Position numbers and translations under genes: made by a program. The notes under the pieces are model-generated. The model was given only the letters and a program-made list of their open reading frames with translations, had not been told where the DNA came from and did not search any database. Of a stretch of DNA of 23,928 nucleotides, positions 1 through 8,500 are shown piece after piece. The stretch lies in assembly GCA_040222015.1 (NCBI GenBank), contig JAVJWO010000136.1, positions 1-23,928 of the forward strand, given 5' to 3'. The stretch is from Coleofasciculus chthonoplastes F2-STO-03 (GTDB taxonomy: Bacteria; Cyanobacteriota; Cyanobacteriia; Cyanobacteriales; Coleofasciculaceae). Within the stretch, counting starts at the first letter, position 1. Every line of letters begins with the position of its first letter.

Positions 1-1236
1 CCTCAGCCAAAGACTGTAGAAAAAGACAGATAAAGCAATTAAAATTACGAGTTCAGTCAGCGAAAGATTGGGTAGCCAGAGCCACAAAGAAAATTAAGTT
101 GGCTCGGAAGTTCTATGGAAAAAAGAACTGGAAATCCTCCCAAAAAGGCTGTAATTTTCCCTTGTCGTCAAACCTAAAAACTCGAAAAACTAACTGGCAT
201 CATCTGCGTCAAGGTCTGCATCAGAAAAAGCGATATATCCACCGACTTCAAAATCAAATTAAACATCTATTGAGGGCGAAAATTAGAGTAAAGGTATCCA
301 GAGGGTCAGTCTTTATTGTTGGCTCCAAGGATGAAAGTTATGGAAATCAAACTTGTCAATGGTCTGGGGATACACTCAAATTAAGGGTTCCCGGTTGTCT
401 GGAAGCCAAATTTGGGAAATATGTCACATCAAAAATTGGCAGCTTCTCCCGTCAGATTAATAGATTACCCAATAGTGGTGCGAAAACATGGCACTTCTAT
501 AGAAAGGAGAATCGATGGGTTGTCGCTGTTCAATTCACGCCCGCAGCGGTGGAGAAAGTTAGTAGAGAAATTAAGTATGGTGCCCTGGGTATCGATTTAA
601 ATCCTAGTTCTATCGGTTGGGCTTATGTTGATGGTCAAGGAAATTTAAAAGCTCAGGGAACTATTCCTTTTCAGACGGGTTTACCCAAAGGTAAACAAGT
701 TGCTCAAATTGTAGATGTTTGTTTGAAATTGTCCGTTTTAGCCAGGAATTTTGCCTGCCCAGTTCTGTGCGAAAGCTTAGATTTTTCGACCAAGAAAGCT
801 CAATTAAGAGAGCGTGGGAAAAAATATGCTCGAATGCTTTCGACTTGGGCATACAGTCGTTTTTATCAAATTTTGTCATCGATTTTATCCAACCGAGGAA
901 TAACTATAAAGTTGTGCAATCCAGCTTACACGAGTTTGATTGGATTGGTTAAATATAGTCGGATGTATGGACTATCATCTGATGTGTCGGCAGACAAAAG
1001 CAATTGCCAGAAGAGGCATGAATAAGAGTGAGAGATTGCCGCGCTCTGTGTCCGCCTATCTTGGAGTGAATCCGAGAAAGCACGTATGGAGTGCTCTATA
1101 TCAATTTAATAATTTTATTGGTCGATGCCCTGTAGTCAATCGTAGACACGATTACTACAATGTCTCTAACTGGGAGCCGAAGGTTTTGGCTGATATCGAG
1201 CAACAATGCCGGGTATCAGCCAAGCGTAAGCGTTAA
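1..1236 (+). pseudogene. tnpB: TnpB-like RuvC nuclease (IS200/IS605/IS607 accessory protein family), 5' end outside the window, +1 frameshift at about 993-999
   Basis: The frame is open from base 3 (SAKDCRKRQIKQLK...), so the TTG at 99 is not the true start. RuvC-I GIDLNP, RuvC-II LCESLDF, then NPAYTS and RuvC-III SDVSA. The expected continuation AIARRG lies in the +1 frame (ORF 940..1236). Confidence 0.85.
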
Positions 1237-1351
1237 CGGTTATCGACCAAAAGTTACACCGTGGACTTATACCAAGACAGAATTACTTATGGGTAGGTTT
1301 GTCTAGGTTTTTAGAAGCGGTATCTTCTAAATAAATATCAATCAAATGACG

Positions 1352-1395
1352 CGAAGCCTACACTATACCCAGAGGGTATAGTGTAGGTAGTTCAC
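1352..1395 (+). mobile_element. IS200/IS605-type right-end hairpin remnant
   Basis: gaag-CCTACACTATACC-caga-g-GGTATAGTGTAGG-tagttcac: a perfect 13-bp stem followed by a TTCAC terminus, the typical form of IS605 right ends and omegaRNA 3' ends. Confidence 0.6.
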
Positions 1396-1481
1396 AACTG
1401 TTCTAACTCTTCTTTAAACAAAACATCGAGAAAAATTGCAGAACCTGTAAGGTAGGCAATTAAAATCAAGAGTGTCAGCAT
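1392..1481 (-). CDS. Putative 29-aa single-pass membrane microprotein MLTLLILIAYLTGSAIFLDVLFKEELEQL
   Basis: Strong Shine-Dalgarno GGAGGTGA 5 nt upstream of the ATG at 1481. Hydrophobic stretch of about 20 aa followed by an acidic tail. Too short for the ORF track. Confidence 0.5.
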   Translation of the reverse strand: MLTLLILIAYLTGSAIFLDVLFKEELEQL

Positions 1482-1535
1482 AACCATCACCTCCACTAGG
1501 AAATACGTCCACTTGGCTAGAGGTTATGCACATTA

Positions 1536-1553
1536 GTTGCAATTCTTTACAAT
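1536..1553. promoter_or_regulatory. HLR1-like (RpaB-type) direct repeat
   Basis: GTTGCAAT-TC-TTTACAAT matches (G/T)TTACA(A/T)(A/T)-N2-(G/T)TTACA(A/T)(A/T) with one mismatch. A weaker copy is at 1675-1692. Confidence 0.35.
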
Positions 1554-1556
1554 CTT

Positions 1557-1641
1557 GGTCAACGCCCGGTTTAGCGATCGCAAGTCTATATGCCAATCGC
1601 CACCACCCTTCGCTGAACCTGGGACTGTTCCGCACCTGACC
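1557..1641 (+). ncRNA. Candidate structured RNA (long stem-loop), family not identified
   Basis: GGTCA (1557-61) pairs with TGACC (1637-41). CCCGGTTTAGCGA (1565-77) pairs with TCGCTGAACCTGGG (1610-23) with one U-G pair and one bulge. Confidence 0.3.
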
Positions 1642-1778
1642 CCTGAATACCCCTAGTCACGGACTACCGCTCTGTTTACATTTTGTCACCTTTGCGATCG
1701 CATGGGCAATAGAGATACCCGAAAAAAACCCTTTATTTTACCGTAAATCCGATCAAATAGGAAATGCAAATGAATTAT

Positions 1779-2486
1779 TCATAATTCATAACCATCCCTC
1801 ATCGCCTTTTGATAAGCTTGAACCTGCCCATCAATCCCCGTAATCGCTGTTCCCACCACCACAGCATCAGCGCCTAACTGTAAGGCTTGTTGTGCCATCT
1901 GGGGCGAGGCAATGCCCCCTTCACAGATCGTTGGCACGTCTAACTGTTTGACGATTTGGGACAAGAGTTCAAACCCCGGTGGCTGAAGATGTTGGGTTGA
2001 GGCGGTGAAACCATAAAGGGTGGTTCCCACAAAATCAGCCCCAGCGTTCACGGCGGCGATAGCATTTTCAATCGTATCGATATCCGCCATAACGGGTTTC
2101 CCGAGTTCCTCGTGAATTCGGGGAATTAATTCAGAGAGGGTTTCCCCGCCAGGGCGTTGTCGTAACGTAGCATCAACAGCAATAATATCAGCCCCGGCTG
2201 ACGCGATCGCCTGGGCATGATCAAACTGAGGCGTAATGTAAACCTCAGATCCAGGTATTTGTTGTTTCCACAACCCAATAATCGGCGTTGTCGGACATTG
2301 CTTCCGCACTGCTTGAATATGGGCTGGGGTATCAATTCGCACCCCAACCGCGCCTTGATTCACAGAAGCTTGCGCCATCGCCGCAATCACGAATGGATCA
2401 TGGAGAGGCGAGTCAACAGGGGCTTGACAAGACACAATTAAACCGTGACGTAAGGCTGAAATTAAGTTATGAGAATTGGCTGTCAT
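1779..2486 (-). CDS. nanE: N-acetylmannosamine-6-phosphate 2-epimerase
   Basis: GLIVSCQA, PIIGLWK, VYITP, GADIIAVDAT, VGTTLYG, EGGI and VVVGTAIT motifs. 235 aa. Confidence 0.95.
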   Translation of the reverse strand: MTANSHNLISALRHGLIVSCQAPVDSPLHDPFVIAAMAQASVNQGAVGVRIDTPAHIQAVRKQCPTTPIIGLWKQQIPGSEVYITPQFDHAQAIASAGADIIAVDATLRQRPGGETLSELIPRIHEELGKPVMADIDTIENAIAAVNAGADFVGTTLYGFTASTQHLQPPGFELLSQIVKQLDVPTICEGGIASPQMAQQALQLGADAVVVGTAITGIDGQVQAYQKAMRDGYEL

Positions 2487-3055
2487 CCCGCTTTTCTTTT
2501 CTTCATTAGAGAACTAACACCGAGAGTACCAACAGCAAGTAAGCCAAGAATGGAGGTTGGTTCCGGGACGGCAATTGGGGTTGCAGAAAAACTAATCGGT
2601 AACTCACTATCTTCCGCCCCTAAATTTTCAAACCCTGGTGTGAGGGGTGGTGCAGAAAAAACTTCTAAATAACTGGGTGGGGACAAAAAACTCGCAAAAA
2701 ATGGACTAACATAGTTTCCCTCTGATGTTACATATCCAAAACCATCACCTGTCAACTGAGGAGTATTTAAACGAATTAAATTGTCAACGTGGAAGGGTTC
2801 GTTTCCGGGTATAGCAGTCCCAGCAGGTTGCAAACCAGTAATTATTTCTCCATTTCGCGTACCCGTAATTTCATCAATCTGGTAAAACCCTAACTCGTCT
2901 GGAGTGTTATTCGTGATCAAAGTCCCGCTTGCTGTTATCCCATTACCCGAATAATTCCAGTTCCAAGTTAAAGCCAAGGCAGATTGCGTAGTCCCGATGA
3001 CGGCTCCAGATGTGGCAGCGAGGATGGTGGTGGCTAGGATAACTATATTGTTCAT
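2483..3055 (-). CDS. PEP-CTERM sorting-domain surface protein (about 190 aa)
   Basis: Signal peptide MNNIVILATTILAA...SALA. C-terminal VPEPTSILGLLAVGTLG followed by basic KKRK. The ATG at 3055 is preferred to the TTG start at 3127. The stop overlaps the nanE start (ATGA). Confidence 0.9.
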   Translation of the reverse strand: MNNIVILATTILAATSGAVIGTTQSALALTWNWNYSGNGITASGTLITNNTPDELGFYQIDEITGTRNGEIITGLQPAGTAIPGNEPFHVDNLIRLNTPQLTGDGFGYVTSEGNYVSPFFASFLSPPSYLEVFSAPPLTPGFENLGAEDSELPISFSATPIAVPEPTSILGLLAVGTLGVSSLMKKRKAG

Positions 3056-3169
3056 GATTATTTTGAGTGTTATTGCGGATATTATAGTCTGGAATAAGAA
3101 ACAACACAACTCAAAATTTTCACTCAACTATCAACAGATGATCGCCTATTCATCCCAACGCCAACCTAA

Positions 3170-3307
3170 GTTGTTACTGAGCCTGTCGAAGTACAGGTAT
3201 GGCGTGAGGCTTCCGGCTTTAGCTTGCTAAACCATGGGCTAAAAAGAGGTTTGCCAGACTTGTTTAAGTGAACTCACCCGCGTTCCCGGTGCATGAGGTG
3301 GATCAGA
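3170..3307 (-). mobile_element. Probable IS605/tnpB 3'-end-derived remnant fused to a REP-like fragment
   Basis: Begins exactly where GH1 homology stops. On the minus strand it reads ...GTGAGTTCAC...GGAAGCCTCACGCCATACC (compare GAAGCCTACACTATACC at 1353), then CTTCGACAGGCTCAG. Confidence 0.4.
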
Positions 3308-3604
3308 ATCAACCCCTTGTTCATTAACCGTACCACGACCATCGGGAATAATTCGTGACCAGGCGATACTAAACCGATAGTGTTGAATCCCCAGTTGTGC
3401 CATTAAGTCTACATCGTGTTCATAGCGATGATAATGATCACAAGCAACAGCACCTGTATCACCGTTAAAGGTACGTCCGGGGGTAGCACTAAACGTATCC
3501 CAGACACTGGGTTTGCGCCCACCTTCGTTTACTGCACCTTCGATTTGATAGGAAGCCGTGGCGCTTCCCCACCAGAACGCCTCTGGAAATTGGTAACTGG
3601 TCAT
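3239..3604 (-). pseudogene. Truncated glycoside hydrolase family 1 beta-glucosidase (N-terminal ~99 aa only)
   Basis: [25 protein letters not shown] and [12 protein letters not shown] motifs. Homology ends at VNEQGVD (~3308) and is followed by an unrelated tail. No NEP or ENG catalytic motifs. Confidence 0.9.
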
Positions 3605-3784
3605 AACTCACTGTTGGATTAGCTGCCAGCATTGCACCTGAATCGGAGTGGCAAATAATTTATCGAAACCCTAGGATATACTTAAACGATTTAATAGTAC
3701 AGTAGTCTGTATCACATCATAAATTCATGCATGACCATATACTATACTTGTCACAACTCAATAAGATTTCTTTATTAAAAACGC

Positions 3785-5095
3785 ATGCTCCTCAACCAAC
3801 TAAGTCGTCCAAAAAATATTTTGCTTACTTTGTTTACTATGGCTATCATTGTGCATCTAGGAGCAAGTTTAGCGTTAAGTCCAGTCGTCGAAGCAAAATT
3901 CCTCGATGCCGATGAGCAGGAATACTACCATTTAGCTGGTGACTTACTTCATGGTGAATACGAATTCCAATCACGTCGAACGCTAGGTTTTGTTTTAATC
4001 CTAGCTTTCTTTCGTCTAGTTACTCAAGAAAATTTAATTGCCACCCAGTTACTTACCACAACCTTATTCAGTTTGGTGGGACCGTTGATGTATATCTTAG
4101 TACGGCGGATAACTGGACATAATCTTCTCGCGGTAACGGTTGCCGTTTTTGTAATATTTTGGCCCCCTTTTCTTTTCTACGGCAGTTCACTCTATAGTGA
4201 GACAGCCGCATTGCCTCTGTTCATCACCTTACTTATCTTGCTTCCCAGGGGTTCAATACTAACCCGAAACTCTGATGGGGGTTGGCGGCGTTGCATATTA
4301 GCTGGTGTCTTAATGGGATTGTGTATCCATATTCGTCCAATGTACCTGCTATTCACTCCATTCGCTGTGGTTATCCTCTTCTTAGAGGAACATCATTGGC
4401 GTATAGCACTTCGACGTTCAGTGCTGCTTGCAATAGGGTGTTGCTTAGTCGTTTTGCCATGGTCAGTTTATATTTCGGTGCAGGAGGGTATACCCTTTTT
4501 AATCAGTTCCAATGGTGGGGAAACGATTAGTGGTGGTTTAAATCCGGTATTAGTTGAACAAGATCACCAAGTTTTTATCGCACCAGATGGACGCGAAACC
4601 TGGGTAGGACCGGGTAAATGGTTACCTGAAGCTCAAAGTGGTTACCTGAGTCAAGATGAACTCAAGCTACCTTACGCTCAGCGAGACAAGTTATTGAAAG
4701 AGCGAACGATAGCATGGGTGATCAACAACCCCCTTTCAGCGCTTCATCTCCAAACTGCCAAGCTGTTATATATGTGGGGCTTTTATCCATTTTGGCAAGG
4801 TGCGAAGCAAACCTTGTTCGGTAACCTGCCAACAGTTATATTGCTCGGCTTAAGTTCCATATCGCTGATTCGCTTCCGATGCTATTTACGGCATTTATCT
4901 CGCTTTTGGATATTGCCTGTTTTTGTGTCTGTTGTTGCTCTGATTAGCTGGGGAAGTTGGCGATTCCGTCAGCCTGGGGATCTGGGGCTTCTCATGTTCA
5001 GCAGCTTGTTTTTGTGGTCGATGTTTGTCAAACCCAAAAGATTGATGCCGTTGTACATGGATAGAACCTCGATTAAGTCGTTCATCGAAAGTTAA
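3785..5095 (+). CDS. Polytopic membrane glycosyltransferase, GT-C fold (GT39/ArnT/PMT-like)
   Basis: N-terminal TM followed by DEQEYYHLA, many TM helices, LYSET, IRP and LPW motifs, late RFR motif. 436 aa. Confidence 0.75.
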   Translation: MLLNQLSRPKNILLTLFTMAIIVHLGASLALSPVVEAKFLDADEQEYYHLAGDLLHGEYEFQSRRTLGFVLILAFFRLVTQENLIATQLLTTTLFSLVGPLMYILVRRITGHNLLAVTVAVFVIFWPPFLFYGSSLYSETAALPLFITLLILLPRGSILTRNSDGGWRRCILAGVLMGLCIHIRPMYLLFTPFAVVILFLEEHHWRIALRRSVLLAIGCCLVVLPWSVYISVQEGIPFLISSNGGETISGGLNPVLVEQDHQVFIAPDGRETWVGPGKWLPEAQSGYLSQDELKLPYAQRDKLLKERTIAWVINNPLSALHLQTAKLLYMWGFYPFWQGAKQTLFGNLPTVILLGLSSISLIRFRCYLRHLSRFWILPVFVSVVALISWGSWRFRQPGDLGLLMFSSLFLWSMFVKPKRLMPLYMDRTSIKSFIES

Positions 5096-5235
5096 CCCTA
5101 GTAAATTAAAAGATTGACCTCATGCCTATGATTGCAGATAATATCACTTCCGTTTAGGTAGTCATTGTAAAAATAGCTTCAAACCCTTGTACTGTCGTAC
5201 TTCGTTCTCCCGTCCTTTCCTTGTGAGGGGATTGC

Positions 5236-5259
5236 AGGGCGCACGTCGGTGCGCCCCTA
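5236..5259 (-). repeat. REP-like palindrome (GTAG-GGGCG family)
   Basis: AGGGCGCACGTCGGTGCGCCCCTA is the exact reverse complement of 15747-15770. Relatives lie at 16702-16724 and 20071-20345 (split copy). Confidence 0.8.
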
Positions 5260-5302
5260 AAACCTGCAAGCGCTGACTACGAACATAGCTACACCACGCC
5301 TC

Positions 5303-5432
5303 TAAGTAGGTGGACACAATTAAACTTAACGGTGGAGATTGTCATTCGTCCTTTGTCATTCGTCCTTTGTCAGGGTTTGAGGACTATTTGCAAAACTTAA
5401 TACAGTACCGTTTTCTTTTGTCCGACTACTTA
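5303..5432. mobile_element. MITE (~130 bp) with TA duplication, IS630-like ends
   Basis: Terminal inverted repeats TAAGTAGGTGGACA ... TGTCCGACTACTTA. Removing the element restores CTAG. Internal heptamer repeats TTGTCAT/TCGTCCT. Partial copies at 14748-14769 and 16820-16899. Confidence 0.7.
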
Positions 5433-5597
5433 GTCCGCGATGCAAGTGTTTATCGCGCTAAAGCGCTGACTACGAACAATTATCAAAATTGTATGCTGAA
5501 AAGGGAGAGGATAGTACACCTCTATCCCAAAACGATCACGTCTGCGACCCCTGATTCGATTTTATAATCCCTTATCGCTAATCAGTTTAGCATCCCT

Positions 5598-8500
5598 ATG
5601 GCATCCGCTCCTCATCTCCCTAACCAACCTCAACCTTGGTGCTTCCACTCTCCCCAACTTGACGATATCCTCGATCGCACTCCAGTTACGGTGACGCTGG
5701 ATACGCCTGTGGTTGAGGTTTTGGCGCGAATGAGTCAGGTGCAGGGATGTTCCTGTTCCCAGGATGGAGAAAAGACGCCGGAACCCCCGGAGAATCCCTT
5801 ACTGTCTCCCTCCACTAGCTGTGTCTTAGTCACCCAGGGAACTCAGCTTGTAGGTATCTTTACTGAACGGGATGTGGTGCGCTTAACGGCACAAGGGCGC
5901 AATTTGGCGGGGGTGAGTATTCGTCAGGTGATGAGTCCCCCAGATTATCGCCTCAAGTCGAGCGAGTTTCGAGATGTTTTTAGCATTCTGGGTATTCTTA
6001 AACAATATCAGATTCGTCATCTGCCTGTGGTGGATGATCAGGAACAATTACTGGGTTTAATTACCCTCTCCAGCCTGCGTTCAGTGATTGAACCCTCTCA
6101 TCTGCTGAAACTAAGAACCGTGGATGAGGTGATGAATAGGACGGTGATTCAAGCAACTGTCGATACCTCAGTTCTCAAACTCGCACAGTTAATGGCACGA
6201 CATCGGGTCAGTTGTGTGGTTATTTGTCAAGGGATTGAGGGGGAAACTCAACAAAAACCTGTGGGAATTGTCACCGAACGGGATATTGTTCAGTTTCAGG
6301 TATTGGGTGTCAATCTGAGTGGATTAAAAGCAGATGATGTGATGAGTCAACCCCTATTTTGCCTAGATTCTACGGATAATCTTTGGCAGGCTCATCAGGA
6401 AATGCAACGTCGTTATGTGCGCCGATTAGTCGTCACGGGTGAGGGGGGGGAATTATTGGGAATTGTCACCCAAACTCGATTACTGCAAGTCCTTGATCCG
6501 ATGGAAATGTATGGCGTAATTGACCAACTTCAGCAAGTCATCGGTCAGTTAGAAGCGGAAAAAATTGAGTTATTAGAAAGTCGCAATACTCAACTGGAAG
6601 AATTAGTCCAATCCCGCACCCACCAATTACAAAAACAGGCGGAACGGGAACATATTTTACGCTCCATCGCCCAACGGATTCGCTGCTTCCTGAAACTCCC
6701 CGATATTTTCCAAGCCACCGTTCAGGAAGTGCGCCAACTCCTTCATTGCGATCGCGTTTTGGTTTATCAGTTTGCCGAGAATTGGAGTGGGGAGATTGTG
6801 GCAGAATCGGTGGGTGATTTTCCCTCAGTTATCGGCTCACAAATTCGTGATTCGTATTTCCAAGACACTAAAGGGGCTGACTATCTGAACGGGCGGCGTC
6901 AGGTGGCGCATAATATTTATCATCAAGGGTTAACGCCTTGCCATTTAGAATTACTCGAACAGTTTCAAGTTAAAGCTATTCTCACCGTTCCCATTATTAT
7001 TAACGAACAACTCTGGGGCTTATTAGTTGCCCATCATTGTGCCGCCCCCCGCCAATGGGAACCCCAGGAATTAGACTTATTAGAACAACTCAGTGTGCAA
7101 ATCGCGATCGCGATTCAACAAGCGAATGCGTTTGTCCAATTGCAAACGGAACTGGCAGAACGGCAGAAGGCAGAACAATTGGCAAAGGCGACTCAAGAAC
7201 GACTGCATTATTTACTCTCCGCGAGTCCCACTGCCATTTACAGTCGCCAGTTTATTCCGCCCTATCAAACCACGTTTATTAGTGATAATATTACCGCCTT
7301 AATTGGCTATACGCCAGCGGAAATCCTGGAACAACCGGATTTTTGGTTAAATCACATTCATCCCCAAGACTTACCCACCGTTCTCACCGGCTTTGCTCAA
7401 CTGTTTCAGCAAGGCTATTCGATTCAAGAATATCGATTTAAGCAGAAAGATGGGGAGTATATTTGGCTACAAGATGATTGGAAGCTGATTCGCAATGACC
7501 AAGGAATTCCCCAAGAAATTATCGGCGCGTGGCTGGATATTTCCCATCGAGTTCAGGCGCAGGAACAAGCCAAAACCAGTGAGAAACTATTAGAGTTATT
7601 CTATGAATCTGCCCCCGTGGGTTTATGTATTACTGATGAACAATGGCGACTGGTGCGGGTGAATCCCGCCTTCTGTCAACTGTTTGCTTATCCCCGTGAT
7701 TATTTATTAGGACGATCCTTAACCGAATTCCTTGACCCCCATCATTGCGGTGAATGGCAGGTGCGGCGTCATGATGGTAAATTTATTGATATTCAGGTTA
7801 CCACTGGACCGATCATGGAGCAAGGGGAACGTAGTTTGCGGGTAACCACGGTTACCGATATTACCGAACGCAAAAAAGCAGAACAAGCGATTCAATCCAT
7901 GGCGGGACAATTGTCTACGGTGATTGATACCGTGGGCGAAGGAATTACTCTGAGTAATAGTCAGGGAAAATTCCGTATTTTTAATCATCAAATGCAGCAA
8001 ATTACGGGCTATACCCGCCAAGAAGCAAATCGTTGTGATAATTTCATGGCGAAACTGTATCCTGATCCGCTTCTCTATCAGCAGGTGAAGCAATGGCAAA
8101 AAAGTCCCAGTAAGAAGCGCAAACTGAGAACGCTGGAAACGACATTTTGCGATCAAAACGGGGTTCAGAAAACCCTGCTCGTCTCCCATTCCATTATTCA
8201 CCAAGACAACCAACTCTTATTTTTAAGCGCCTATCGAGATATTAGCGATCGCAAACAGGCTGAAGAATCCCTGAAACACTTAAATGAAGCCCTAGAAAAG
8301 CGAGTACAGGAACGAACCACGGCGTTAGAACAGACAGTGGAACAACTGCACCGAGAAATTAAGGAACGCCAGCAAACGGAATTAGCCCTGCAAGATTCCC
8401 ATCGTAAGATTAATAATATATTAGAAAGTATTACCGAAGGCTTTTTTGCCCTGGATCAGGATTGGCGGTTTACCCACTTTAACTCCCTCTTAGCCCCCTT

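Noticed and set aside
1..1236. Type V CRISPR effector (Cas12f-like)
   Set aside because: No CRISPR array or cas genes in the window. The IS-like context favours TnpB, although the upstream region is not visible.
1414..1635. 73-aa minus-strand ORF from the track
   Set aside because: No recognisable features or SD. It runs through the stem-loop, and the SD-supported 29-aa ORF in another frame is the better candidate.
1620..1645. TCAGGTGCGGAACAG on the minus strand resembling the SRP RNA core
   Set aside because: It lacks the CCG-GAA-GG tetraloop stem and the following AGCAG motif.
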